Assembly: GCA_903867985.1 (NCBI GenBank)
Contig: CAIPTO010000082.1
Coordinates: 7,580 to 71,579, forward strand
DNA length: 64,000 nucleotides
DNA from: an uncultured Elusimicrobia bacterium
Lineage (GTDB): Bacteria; Elusimicrobiota; Elusimicrobia; Elusimicrobiales; UBA9959
Reading direction: 5' to 3'
The notes under the pieces are model-generated. The model searched no databases. It was not told the origin of the DNA and saw only the letters and a program-made list of their open reading frames with translations. Position 1 is the first letter of the stretch; every line of letters starts with the position of its first letter. Below are positions 18,858 to 28,640 of this stretch, piece by piece. A program made the position numbers and the translations under genes.

Positions 18858-20243
18858 ATGACCCATATTAATAGGGGCGAAACTAAAAAAATCCAATCCA
18901 TCGTGTTGCTGGCCGCGTTACTGGTTCTTATGGTGCGGCCCGCGCGCGCCCAATGGGAGAACATCCGCCAGGTTGGGGGAGCCTCATGTCTGATTGAAAG
19001 CAGCACGGGGGCGTATCAGACAAGTTACACGGTAGGCGAACCTTCCGCTTCGTTATATAAAATGGAGACGTCGTCGTCCAGCATGCTCTCTGGTTATCTT
19101 TCCCAAATACCGTCAAAGAATCTCTCCCTGAATGTCGCGTTTGCGCAGGTCTCAGGCGCGGTCAGCCCCGTGGTTTCCGAGGGCGCGCTTTTGGGTGCCG
19201 AAGCCGGCGATCCCGTTAAATTCTCTTTTTCAAACGAAGTCTCGTCCGAAGCGGTGGCGCCGGGGCTTGAGGTCGTAGAGGTTCGCGATCACCTCGGCGC
19301 GCCGGTAAATTCAACGCGGGCTATAAGCGTCGCGCTCGTTCCCAACGATACGGCGGTCGCGCTTAATTCCGCCGCCGGCTGGAATAAAGGGAGCGTTTAC
19401 GCCGTCCGCTATTCTTCTGTGGTCGTGGATATCAACGGGATACCGCTTTCGCAGGACAACACGTATTATTTTACCGTCAAAATGGACCACCTGGAAAAAA
19501 ATGTGGCTCTGGCCTTGAGCGATCTTAAAACGAAAGTTGAAATCCCTCCCGGCGCTTATTCTTCCGATTTTGGTTTGATCGTTTCAACGGCTCAGAACTC
19601 CCCGGCTGTTGCGGCCGCGAACGGCAAACTTTCTTCCATGCCCGGCGTCTTTGCCTCGGCGCTCAGGATTTTAAACGCTTCGGCGTTTGACGCTGGCAGC
19701 AGGGACGTCCAGCCTTCCCTGCCCTGCGTTATCTCGTTCCCTTACGCGGACGAGGACGGCGACGGTATCGTGGACGGCAGTTTTCCGTCAGTGAGAGTGA
19801 GGGATCTGGCGGTCTGGCGCCTGGATGAAACAAACGGGCTGTGGGTCAGAAGGACAGGGGCTAATATCGATGAGACGGCCAAAGAGGTGTATTTTAACGT
19901 GGAGCATTTTTCATCCTACGCGCTGATGGGGGTGCCGGATACGGATGTTTCCCTCGTCCGGGCCTACCCCGTGCCTTTCAGTCCTAACTCCGGAAACAGC
20001 GATCGCTACGGCGACTGGACTCGCCTGATAACTTTTACCGATCTTCCCGCCTACGGCAAAATACGTATTTTCACTATCGCCGGAGATCTTGTGAGAACTC
20101 TGGACGTTGGTCCGCAGGATGTCAATACAAAAAAATGGGATGTCAGGAATTCAGCCGGGCAGATAGTTGCCAGCGGCGTTTACATCTGGGAGATAGTTTC
20201 CGGCAAGAACAGAAAGACGGGCAAATTGATGGTGGTGAAGTAA
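18858..20243 (+). CDS. Secreted protein with Ig-like domain and C-terminal FlgD-Ig/T9SS-CTD-like domain
   Basis: Signal peptide ending ARA; VEHFSSYAL; C-terminus AYPVPF.P ... IRIFTIAGDLVR ... WDVRN..G..VASGVYI ... GKLMVVK. Confidence 0.75.
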   Translation: MTHINRGETKKIQSIVLLAALLVLMVRPARAQWENIRQVGGASCLIESSTGAYQTSYTVGEPSASLYKMETSSSSMLSGYLSQIPSKNLSLNVAFAQVSGAVSPVVSEGALLGAEAGDPVKFSFSNEVSSEAVAPGLEVVEVRDHLGAPVNSTRAISVALVPNDTAVALNSAAGWNKGSVYAVRYSSVVVDINGIPLSQDNTYYFTVKMDHLEKNVALALSDLKTKVEIPPGAYSSDFGLIVSTAQNSPAVAAANGKLSSMPGVFASALRILNASAFDAGSRDVQPSLPCVISFPYADEDGDGIVDGSFPSVRVRDLAVWRLDETNGLWVRRTGANIDETAKEVYFNVEHFSSYALMGVPDTDVSLVRAYPVPFSPNSGNSDRYGDWTRLITFTDLPAYGKIRIFTIAGDLVRTLDVGPQDVNTKKWDVRNSAGQIVASGVYIWEIVSGKNRKTGKLMVVK

Positions 20244-20293
20244 GACAGTGGATAGTGGTTAGTGGACAGTGGCCGGTAAACCAGTGAGCGGTG
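20244..20293. repeat. Heptamer array (AGTG core, family B) starting right after a stop codon
   Basis: GACAGTG GATAGTG GTTAGTG GACAGTG GCCGGTA. Confidence 0.85.
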
Positions 20294-20317
20294 GTAGCTG
20301 AAACGGACGGAAAGAAT

Positions 20318-21544
20318 ATGAAAAAGGTCGAAGCGAAAGGAACGGGAATAAAAGACCACGGCCCGCGCGCGTCTTTTTCCTGTTCTTTTGCCGTCGGCGC
20401 GCGCCGCTTGCTGCTGATACTGGTTGCCTGCTATTTGCTGCCGGTAACGGCTGTGTACGCCGAATCCGGCAAATCCGGAGGCTATTTTTTCAGGGTGATA
20501 CAGAGCCCCAGGGCTTCCGCAATGGGCGAATCCGGCGCCGGGCTTTCCGGCGATCTTTTGGGCGCTTTGGCTCTTAATCCGGCGGCTCTGGGGAGAACGC
20601 GTTACAGTGAATTGGCGGTTACCTACAATTCCTGGCTTGAGGACATCTCCATGCAGCAGGTCGCCTACGCACACCCGCTCTCAAAGACAAGCGCGCTGGC
20701 GGTTTCTGTTTCCCTTCTACAGATGAAATCTTTCGCGGGGTATGACAGTTTCGGAGGTTATGCCGGTTCCGTGAAAGCGGGTGATTCCGCGTATTCGCTG
20801 AGTTATGCCAAAAGAGTTTATGGCCCCTGGGATGATCTGAAGTTCGGGATATTTGTGGGCGGAGGGGTAAAATACGCCCGTGAGGTCCTGGATGAATTTT
20901 CGGCTTCAACGATGCTTTATGACGTCGGTATCCTTTCCATTTCCGAGTTGTTCGGCGGCGTGCTCGGACTTGGTGTTTCGGCCCAATCGCTGGGGCAGGG
21001 TTTCAAATTCAATTCCGTCAGGGATGATCCGCCTTCGGTGCAGAGGGCCGGGGCCGCGTGGACTATCCCGGCTTGGGGAGACCCCCTGACCTTAGCGTTG
21101 GATCTCAAAAAGCCGAACGATTCCAAGGCGGCCTATTTAGCGGGCCTTGAATATGTCGTCAAGGACCTGGTTTCCGGAAGATTCGGCTACGCGGGGGATG
21201 TGGATCTGGGCAACGGCCTGAGATTTGGAATAGGATTCAATCTTAAGGTCGTTCAGATAGATTACGCGCTTTCCAAGTATGGGGACTTCGGTTATACGCA
21301 CAGATTCGGGATTTCATATAAATTCGGAAAGCCGGTGGAAGTCACGCCGCGCTTTACGCCCCGGCAGGAGAAAGCCAGATGGAAACTGGCCCGGGCCAAA
21401 GAGTTTATGAAAGAGAGAAGCTATTACGAGGCTGTGCTGGAACTTAACGACGCCGTAGAACTTGATCCGAATCTTAAAGAGGCGATGCGTCTTATGGAAT
21501 ACGCCAGAGGGATGATGGAGACGGAGACGCCCGGCGCGCGGTAA
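20318..21544 (+). CDS. PorV/PorQ (UPF0164)-family outer-membrane barrel with C-terminal TPR
   Basis: SPRASAMGE, NPAAL, alternating beta strands, IDYA....GDFG.THR.GISYKF, then TPR. Confidence 0.75.
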   Translation: MKKVEAKGTGIKDHGPRASFSCSFAVGARRLLLILVACYLLPVTAVYAESGKSGGYFFRVIQSPRASAMGESGAGLSGDLLGALALNPAALGRTRYSELAVTYNSWLEDISMQQVAYAHPLSKTSALAVSVSLLQMKSFAGYDSFGGYAGSVKAGDSAYSLSYAKRVYGPWDDLKFGIFVGGGVKYAREVLDEFSASTMLYDVGILSISELFGGVLGLGVSAQSLGQGFKFNSVRDDPPSVQRAGAAWTIPAWGDPLTLALDLKKPNDSKAAYLAGLEYVVKDLVSGRFGYAGDVDLGNGLRFGIGFNLKVVQIDYALSKYGDFGYTHRFGISYKFGKPVEVTPRFTPRQEKARWKLARAKEFMKERSYYEAVLELNDAVELDPNLKEAMRLMEYARGMMETETPGAR

Positions 21545-21604
21545 GAAAAGGCAACCGTTTAAGCGGCAGGATATAAACCTGAGCGGAGTCGGAATAAGAG
21601 GCGT

Positions 21605-23110
21605 ATGAAAACGAAAGGGCTGCGGGTAATTAAGGGAGCCATCGGCCGTCTGATAGCCAGCGGCTCATTACGCTGCGCTGTCTCTGCCGCGTGGCGGGCT
21701 CTGCTTTGTTGCGGCGCCTGCGCGGGCATCGCTTTTTTTCCGTTTTTTACCGCGACAGCGAGCGTCTCTTACGCCTCCGAGATGAAGTTCCAGGAAAATC
21801 TGCAGGCGTTCAAAAGGGGTGACTATAAAAACGCGATGCTTGGTTTTATGGATATCGTGATAGAGGATCCCAAAAACGATCTGGCCGGTAAATATTTAAG
21901 GGAATCCGGACTAAAGGTCTTAGAGATCGAGAACGGGAACATTCAGCGCAGAAGAGAAGAGTTGCTCCGCGGCGCCAAAATGATGAAAAAACAGCTTGAT
22001 TCCCTGGAGAAAGTGAAAGAGGAGAAGATCCTGGAGTGGGACAAAGTGTTCTTGCGCGTGAAGAAACTTGCCGAAGACCCGGACTCCCTGCGGAAGGTGT
22101 TCCCGGCATACGCGGATTTTGTGGGCAAAACTCCGATCTACGCCGGAAAGCAGACCGAGCTTTATGAAAAAGAGCAAATTATACGGGAGATTCTTGTTAA
22201 GACGGTGAAGAAGAGCGCCCCGGACATAGTGATCATCGGAACCGGCGTCGACGACGCCAGTCTGGCAGGAATGTTCGCCTCCAGATTCGTTTTAAAAGGC
22301 GTTCTCGCTGAAAGCGTCCTGGCTGAGTTATTGCGGATAAAGGATATGAGGGGAAGAATTTCCGCGCTTTTTGAGTACGAGACGCGCGCTCTTGATCTGT
22401 ACGGAAGGGGCAGGGTTGAGGAAGCGGACGTCCTTTTCAGGAGAGTTTTAAAGGTTGATACCGGCAATGTCGAAGCGGCTTTTTATTCAAACATTGCTTC
22501 TGAGCGTCTTACTGCTTCCTCGTTTCCGGGCACTCCCCTGCCTGCGGTACGCGCCCCTGCGGCTTCTGCGTGTATTAATGACTTATGTCCGAAGACGGAC
22601 ATGATTGATGCCCGTGCCGGCGTCGTTACAGATCAGCGCCCGGCGCGCGGAGCGGTAGCATCAATGCCCGCCGGGCTGCCTGAAAAAACTTTAGTCGAGA
22701 GCTCTTCCGGCGCTGAGGATGTCGCGGATGTGGCGTCGGAGGCCCCCGGCCGGCAGGCTTCCGGTACGGCCTCAGCCTCTGCACCGAATCAGCGTCCGCG
22801 CGAGACTGGTTCCCCGGTTAAGCGGACCGTCGCGGAAAAGGGTGCGCGGCCCAGAGGCAGCGCGGACGCCATTACAGAAGCCTATGGCTATCAGATGTCA
22901 GCTTCCATTTCGGAAGCGCCAGTGGAATCCGGGCAAGTCGGAAGCGCGGTGTCGGCTGATAAGCTTTATGAACAGGGCGTGCGAGAATTCTCGGTAGGAA
23001 ATTACGGCGCCGCCGCTATAATCTGGAAAGAATGTCTGCGGATAGACCCCGGCCATAAAAAGGCGAAACTGGGTATTAAAAGGCTGGAATCGGTAGTCGT
23101 TGATCAGTAG
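21605..23110 (+). CDS. Exported TPR-containing protein with low-complexity linker
   Basis: Signal-like N-terminus ending SYA; TPR-like helices, e.g. LYEQGV.EF..GNY..A...W..CL.IDP. Confidence 0.65.
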   Translation: MKTKGLRVIKGAIGRLIASGSLRCAVSAAWRALLCCGACAGIAFFPFFTATASVSYASEMKFQENLQAFKRGDYKNAMLGFMDIVIEDPKNDLAGKYLRESGLKVLEIENGNIQRRREELLRGAKMMKKQLDSLEKVKEEKILEWDKVFLRVKKLAEDPDSLRKVFPAYADFVGKTPIYAGKQTELYEKEQIIREILVKTVKKSAPDIVIIGTGVDDASLAGMFASRFVLKGVLAESVLAELLRIKDMRGRISALFEYETRALDLYGRGRVEEADVLFRRVLKVDTGNVEAAFYSNIASERLTASSFPGTPLPAVRAPAASACINDLCPKTDMIDARAGVVTDQRPARGAVASMPAGLPEKTLVESSSGAEDVADVASEAPGRQASGTASASAPNQRPRETGSPVKRTVAEKGARPRGSADAITEAYGYQMSASISEAPVESGQVGSAVSADKLYEQGVREFSVGNYGAAAIIWKECLRIDPGHKKAKLGIKRLESVVVDQ

Positions 23111-23144
23111 ATGATTTCACGCGGTGGAGTACGGCAGATATAAT

Positions 23145-26100
23145 ATGAACAAAATATTCAGGTTTGTATATTTAGTTTTTTTCCTTGGCATTTTCGCCGG
23201 AGGCGCCCCCATCGGGTTCCTGGCCGGCAGCCTCGCGTACGCCGGGGCCCCCAAGAGCATTACCTATCAGGGAACCCTGCGCAAGGCCGGAGCTATTTAC
23301 ACCGGCGCGGTGCCGATGGAATTCAGAATAACTAATGCCGACGGCTCGGTAGTTTACTGGACCAGCGGCTCAACTTCTGTTTATGTTTCAGCCGGGCTTT
23401 TCAGGTATCCGTTGGGCACGCCAAATGAAGCTCAGTTTTCGGCCATTCCTTGGTCATCGGCGTCCCCATATATACGCGTTATTATCGACGGGGCGGCCCT
23501 GCCCGCGGATCCGCTTTTATCCACGCCCTACGCCCTGCACGCGGGCACGGCTGAAGGAAGCGGGGGGGATTTTATCGTGGGTGACGGGGATCTTCGAATA
23601 TCCACTACAACGGGGAACCGGGGCATTGTGTTCCAGGATGGTTCAATTCAACGCACGGCTGCGGTTTCGGCGTTAACGATGTCCGGGGACGTAACAATGG
23701 ATAACGCTGGCGTGACGACTATTGGTGCGGCTAAGGTAACTGCCGGCATGATAATGGATGGCGCGATAACCGCGGCCGATATAGCGCCCGCCGCCATATC
23801 GCTGGATAAGTTGAGCCAGAGCGGCTGCGCGGAGAACCAGATACCCAAATGGAACGGCTCCGCGTGGGCGTGCGCGGTGGATATCGGAGGCGGTGCTGAT
23901 ATTTACTGGAGCGGAGCCGCTACGGGCCTTGACGCGGCGGCCGGGCGCGCGTCGCTGGGGCTTGGCGCGCTGGCGACCAAGAGCGCCGTAACGCAATCGG
24001 ACATCTCTGGGACAATCTCAAGCCAGACGATATCGGGATTGGGCGCTTTAGCCGGGCTGAACACTATCACGGATTCATATATAAGCGGGAGTATCAGCGC
24101 GTCAAAGCTTAGCGGCGCGCTGCCGGCGCTGGATGGCGCGCTGCTGCTGAGGATCTCATCCATCACGGCGGGCACGGTAGGCCCGGATGAGCTGGCCGCG
24201 ACGTCTGTGAGTTCGGGCACTTACGGCGACGGCACCAGTGTGGCCCGGTTTACGGTGGACGCTGACGGGCGGTTGACCAGCGCCGAGCAGGTTGCCATTA
24301 CCGGTGCGGCGCCTACCGGCACGGCGGGTGGTGATCTGACGGGTAGCTATCCTAACCCCAGGATCGGTGCCGGTGTGGTAGTGTCAACAAATATAGCGGA
24401 CGGTTCGGTTGTGGATGTTGATGTCGCGCTGACAACAGGCGCGATAAGATCCGGTAAATTTGATGATGAGAGAGTGGGGATAACCGTGTCGGCGATAAGC
24501 GGGCTTGGCGCGCTGGCGACCAAGAGCGCCGTAACGCAATCGGACATCTCTGGGACAATCTCAAGCCAGACGATATCGGGATTGGGCGCTTTAGCCGGGC
24601 TGGACACCATCACGGAGTCATATATAAGCGGCAGTATCAGTCCGTCGAAGATAAACGGCACCGTGGCCACGCTTGGCGCGAACACGTTCACCGCCGCGCA
24701 GACCATACTGTATACCAACGGTGTTGCTGTCGGCTTAACCATCTCCTCCGGGCTGGTGGTGGGGGCCGGCAATGTAGGAATCGGGACTGTGGCGCCGGCT
24801 ACCAAGCTGCATGTCTCAAGCGGAGTGCTCACCGTTGACGGGACTGACGCGGGTATAATCACCACCGGCGCGCTCACCGCCTCAAACCTGTCCGGCACAA
24901 ACACCGGAGACAACGCTGTTAACATGCTGTATAGCGGGCTTATAACAAACGCCACGCACACGGGTGATGCAACGGGGGATACGGTTCTTACCGTAAAGCA
25001 AATAAACGGCGTGGCGCTGTCCGGCCTGGCTACCGGCATCTTAAAAAATACGACAGTGTCAGGCGTGCCGAGTATCGCCCTTGCCGGGACAGACTACCTC
25101 GCGCCGACCGGCAACGGTTCGGAACTTAGCGGGATAATCCAGTCCAGCGCAACCGGGACGTACCCGCTGTCGATATCCGGCAACGCGGCCACTGCCGGCA
25201 GTGTGCCGCAGTCGGGCGTTAACCTGTCAACTGTAACAGTCAGAATAGAGTCACTGGAAGCCAAGACGTCAACCGCGGCCTATCTGTCCAGCCCCCAGAC
25301 CTTCACGGGGGCGAACACCTTCGCCTCAACAACCTCGTTCACGGCGACACACGCCACGCTGCCCGGTGTTGATATCTCGTCCGGTCTGATAGTGCGCGCC
25401 GGCAATCTCGGCATTGGGACCGTGGCGCCGGCTACCAAGCTGCATGTCTCAAGCGGCGTCCTCACTGTCGACGGCGCCGGTGCCGGGATCACGACTACCG
25501 GGAATGTGATAGCTTCAGCAGGTGCGGCAGCCGCGCCCGCTTACGGTTTTGGCGGAGACCTGGATACAGGAATTTACAGCAGCGGGGCCAATTCAGTATC
25601 CATTTCCGCAGGTGGAAACGAAAAAATGCGAATATTCTCAAGCGGGAATATGGCGTTTGATGATTTTGCTAATATGCCCGGGGCCGCAAGCAACGGTACT
25701 TATAAGGTGTTTCATTTTGCTTCTCCCACAAATGACGGATCAACTATACTCTCTATGGCATCCAGAAATAGAAGCACGTCATTTTTCGGGAATTATATAG
25801 GGACATTTGTTATCGGTAATGAAGGAACATATCCGATCGATTTCAAAACCAATTTAGTATATGGGGCCAATGACATCTTTGCGGGAGGCACTACTGTAAT
25901 GCGCATCACGGGCGCTGGCAGCGTAGGCATTGGGACTGTTGCACCGGCTACCAAGCTGCATGTCTCAAGCGGCGTGCTCACTGTTGACGGCATAGGCGCC
26001 GGGATCACCACTACTGGTAACATAACCGCCGCGACATTCATCGGTTCAGGGGCTTCACTTACGGGCGTACCGCAACTGGCCAGCACCCAGACTTTCACCG

Positions 26101-28535
26101 GAGTGAGTTCCTTTGCATCAACAGCCGCGTTCACCGCGACAAACGCCACCCTGCCCGGCGTTGATATCTCATCCGGCTTGATAGTCCGTGCCGGCAATGT
26201 CGGCATCGGGACGGCGACGCCGGCATATATGTTGGATGTTCTTGGAACTACAAATTTCCCCGTCAAAGTTAAAGGCTCCACAGGCGGTGGTTTTATTCTT
26301 GGAGCTTATAATGATCAATGGGGCGGATTGTGGTCAGCAGGTGTAACACCGTCTATTACGAACTATAGTTTTATTGCGCATCCGACGGAGGGTTTGGCTT
26401 TTAATGCTCCCACGGGCGGATCCTTGCAGTTTGATATAAATGACGTTGTGAAAATGTATTTGACCGCGAATGGGGGACTGAATCTTGGTTATGGCACCAC
26501 CGCCACAGCGGCGGGGAATATGGTAATTAGCGGCAATGTCGGTGTCGGGACGGCGGCACCGGCTACCAAGCTGCATGTTTCAAGCGGCGTGCTTACCGTT
26601 GACGGCACAGGCGCCGGGATTACCACTACGGGGAATATGACCGCCGTGACATTTATCGGTTCCGGGGCTTCGCTTACGGGCGTACCGCAGCTCGCGTCCA
26701 CCCAGACTTTCACCGGAGCGAGTTCCTTCGCATCAACAGTCGCGTTCACAGCCACAAACGAAACCCTGCCCGGAGTGGACATCTCATCCGGCCTGATAGT
26801 CCGCGCCGGCAATGTCGGCATCGGGACGGCGTCGCCGGCTCACATGCTTCAAATCGGATCTGGTACCGCGCAGGTATCGATGAACAGTCTGGGACAGTTA
26901 TCAGTTCTTAACAGTGGAGTATATCCCAACAGCACCTATTATTCCGCTACATTCGGTAAAGCTATAAGCATTGTTGGCAGCAACGCCGGTTTCCAAATCG
27001 CCGATAGAGCGAACAGCGCTCATAACTGGCAACATTACTCAACAGGGGATATTTTTAGAATTTATAAGGATTTCGGCACAAATGGCGCAGAACCTTTTGT
27101 AATAGATAGTACGGGTCGGATCGGCGTCGGGACCATCGCGCCCTCCACTAAATTACATATATCCAGCGGCATCCTTACCGTTGACGGCACGGGAGCGGGG
27201 ATTACCACTACTGGGGATATGACCGCTGCGACATTTATCGGTTCCGGTGCTTCGCTTACCGGCGTGGCGCAACTGTCCTCCACCCAGACCTTCACGGGCG
27301 GCAATACCTTCACCGGTAATACCGGCATATATGGGATAACAGTCTCTTCCAACGTGTCGCTTGCCGGCGCGCTCTATACCCAAAACGGCAAAGTCGGCAT
27401 AGGTACCGCTAACCCGAGTGAGTTTTTGGAAGTGAACCCCGGCGCATCGTATGCGGGATATCCTGCAATAAAGATAGTTTCTTCTTACGCTGATGGTTAT
27501 AACGCCAACCTCATATTAAAAAATGCGCATACCGGCGGCCAGGAGTGGTTTATTAGGGCCGGCAATAATCAGTCCGGAGGTGTATATTCTAATTTGCAAA
27601 TTTACCAGACGGGCGCTGGCGCGCGTTTTGATATAACCGCCGCAGGCAATATCGGTATCGGGACCACGGCTCCGGCGGCGCGGCTGACTGTTATTTCCAC
27701 CGGCACCATGGCTTATAGCATGGCAGTGGGAACAAGCACGGCATACAGCATGGTCGTTTCAACCGCCGGCAATGTCGGCATAGGGACCACGGCGCCGGGG
27801 GCTCCATTGGAAGTATATCGGGATGACCCCACAAACGCCTTGCCGACAAGTATTATCAGAGGCGGTAATAACCACGCTCGTCTCAGATTTATTGTGAACG
27901 ACACTTCGGATAGTATCTCCGAAATTTACAAAACTGTTTCTGATTATTCCTTTAACTTCTATACCTCTCCCTCGTATAATAATTCCGGATATAATTTTTA
28001 CACCGCTCAAAGCGCGACAGTTCCAAAATTGTCTATAAAAAATGACGGTACTGTCGGTATCGGGACCACGGCGCCGGCGGCCGGGCTGGCTGTTATTTCC
28101 GGCACTTCCGTGGCGTATAGTTTGGCAGTGGGGACAAGCGCGGCCTCGTATCAGCTGGCGGTTTCAACAATGGGCGCCGTTACCATCGGAAAGTACGCTG
28201 TAACTGATAAAGGCACTGACCCGACAACCATTGCGCTGACTGTTTCCGATTTCGGAAACACCTTTATCTCCACAGGCACCGACACTACCACTCACTACAA
28301 TCTTCCGTCCGTCACCTCAGCCGATGTCGGCGCGCAGTTTACCTTTGTAAAACTAGGCCCCGGAAAAGTTACAATACACGCTTCCGCCTCGACTTATATA
28401 GCCGACTCCGGCGCCGGCGGCACAATATATAATGACTCAACCATGGAAACATACGCATGTATAACCTTGCGCCTGGTGACAGACACGAAATGGATAATAA
28501 TCGGCGGTGACGGAAATTGGATGACCACCAACTAA
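23145..28535 (+). CDS. Giant secreted modular tail-fibre/adhesin-like protein with GNVGIGT repeats
   Basis: Signal peptide, PKSITYQGTL N-domain, G/T/S/A-rich body, about ten G.VGIGT..P motifs; start at ATG 23145 preferred over GTG 23124. Confidence 0.8.
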   Translation: MNKIFRFVYLVFFLGIFAGGAPIGFLAGSLAYAGAPKSITYQGTLRKAGAIYTGAVPMEFRITNADGSVVYWTSGSTSVYVSAGLFRYPLGTPNEAQFSAIPWSSASPYIRVIIDGAALPADPLLSTPYALHAGTAEGSGGDFIVGDGDLRISTTTGNRGIVFQDGSIQRTAAVSALTMSGDVTMDNAGVTTIGAAKVTAGMIMDGAITAADIAPAAISLDKLSQSGCAENQIPKWNGSAWACAVDIGGGADIYWSGAATGLDAAAGRASLGLGALATKSAVTQSDISGTISSQTISGLGALAGLNTITDSYISGSISASKLSGALPALDGALLLRISSITAGTVGPDELAATSVSSGTYGDGTSVARFTVDADGRLTSAEQVAITGAAPTGTAGGDLTGSYPNPRIGAGVVVSTNIADGSVVDVDVALTTGAIRSGKFDDERVGITVSAISGLGALATKSAVTQSDISGTISSQTISGLGALAGLDTITESYISGSISPSKINGTVATLGANTFTAAQTILYTNGVAVGLTISSGLVVGAGNVGIGTVAPATKLHVSSGVLTVDGTDAGIITTGALTASNLSGTNTGDNAVNMLYSGLITNATHTGDATGDTVLTVKQINGVALSGLATGILKNTTVSGVPSIALAGTDYLAPTGNGSELSGIIQSSATGTYPLSISGNAATAGSVPQSGVNLSTVTVRIESLEAKTSTAAYLSSPQTFTGANTFASTTSFTATHATLPGVDISSGLIVRAGNLGIGTVAPATKLHVSSGVLTVDGAGAGITTTGNVIASAGAAAAPAYGFGGDLDTGIYSSGANSVSISAGGNEKMRIFSSGNMAFDDFANMPGAASNGTYKVFHFASPTNDGSTILSMASRNRSTSFFGNYIGTFVIGNEGTYPIDFKTNLVYGANDIFAGGTTVMRITGAGSVGIGTVAPATKLHVSSGVLTVDGIGAGITTTGNITAATFIGSGASLTGVPQLASTQTFTGVSSFASTAAFTATNATLPGVDISSGLIVRAGNVGIGTATPAYMLDVLGTTNFPVKVKGSTGGGFILGAYNDQWGGLWSAGVTPSITNYSFIAHPTEGLAFNAPTGGSLQFDINDVVKMYLTANGGLNLGYGTTATAAGNMVISGNVGVGTAAPATKLHVSSGVLTVDGTGAGITTTGNMTAVTFIGSGASLTGVPQLASTQTFTGASSFASTVAFTATNETLPGVDISSGLIVRAGNVGIGTASPAHMLQIGSGTAQVSMNSLGQLSVLNSGVYPNSTYYSATFGKAISIVGSNAGFQIADRANSAHNWQHYSTGDIFRIYKDFGTNGAEPFVIDSTGRIGVGTIAPSTKLHISSGILTVDGTGAGITTTGDMTAATFIGSGASLTGVAQLSSTQTFTGGNTFTGNTGIYGITVSSNVSLAGALYTQNGKVGIGTANPSEFLEVNPGASYAGYPAIKIVSSYADGYNANLILKNAHTGGQEWFIRAGNNQSGGVYSNLQIYQTGAGARFDITAAGNIGIGTTAPAARLTVISTGTMAYSMAVGTSTAYSMVVSTAGNVGIGTTAPGAPLEVYRDDPTNALPTSIIRGGNNHARLRFIVNDTSDSISEIYKTVSDYSFNFYTSPSYNNSGYNFYTAQSATVPKLSIKNDGTVGIGTTAPAAGLAVISGTSVAYSLAVGTSAASYQLAVSTMGAVTIGKYAVTDKGTDPTTIALTVSDFGNTFISTGTDTTTHYNLPSVTSADVGAQFTFVKLGPGKVTIHASASTYIADSGAGGTIYNDSTMETYACITLRLVTDTKWIIIGGDGNWMTTN
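23958..24640 (+). repeat. 140-bp near-identical intragenic direct repeat (23958-24097 and 24501-24640)
   Basis: Both copies encode GLGALATKSAVTQSDISGTISSQTISGLGALAGL.TIT.SYISGSIS. Confidence 0.9.
25917..26840 (+). repeat. ~310-bp intragenic constant modules (25917-26225 and 26532-26840; partial copies near 24765, 25294, 27113)
   Basis: Repeated GIGT.APATKLHVSSGVLTVDG.GAGITTTG...STQTFTG...LPGVDISSGLIVRAGNVGIGT. Confidence 0.9.
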
Positions 28536-28620
28536 AAAGGTAGCGTCTACCTTTTGGTGGCGAAAAAACCCTTATTATGAATGACTTTTTTGAAAATTGG
28601 AGGGTAGGCGCTACCTTTTT
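28535..28620. repeat. REP/REPIN-like inverted doublet of palindromes
   Basis: AAAAGGTAG-CGT-CTACCTTTT (28535-28555) and AGGGTAG-GCG-CTACCTTTTT (28601-28620). Confidence 0.7.
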
Positions 28621-28640
28621 GAGGTATGGAGGGCTTGATA

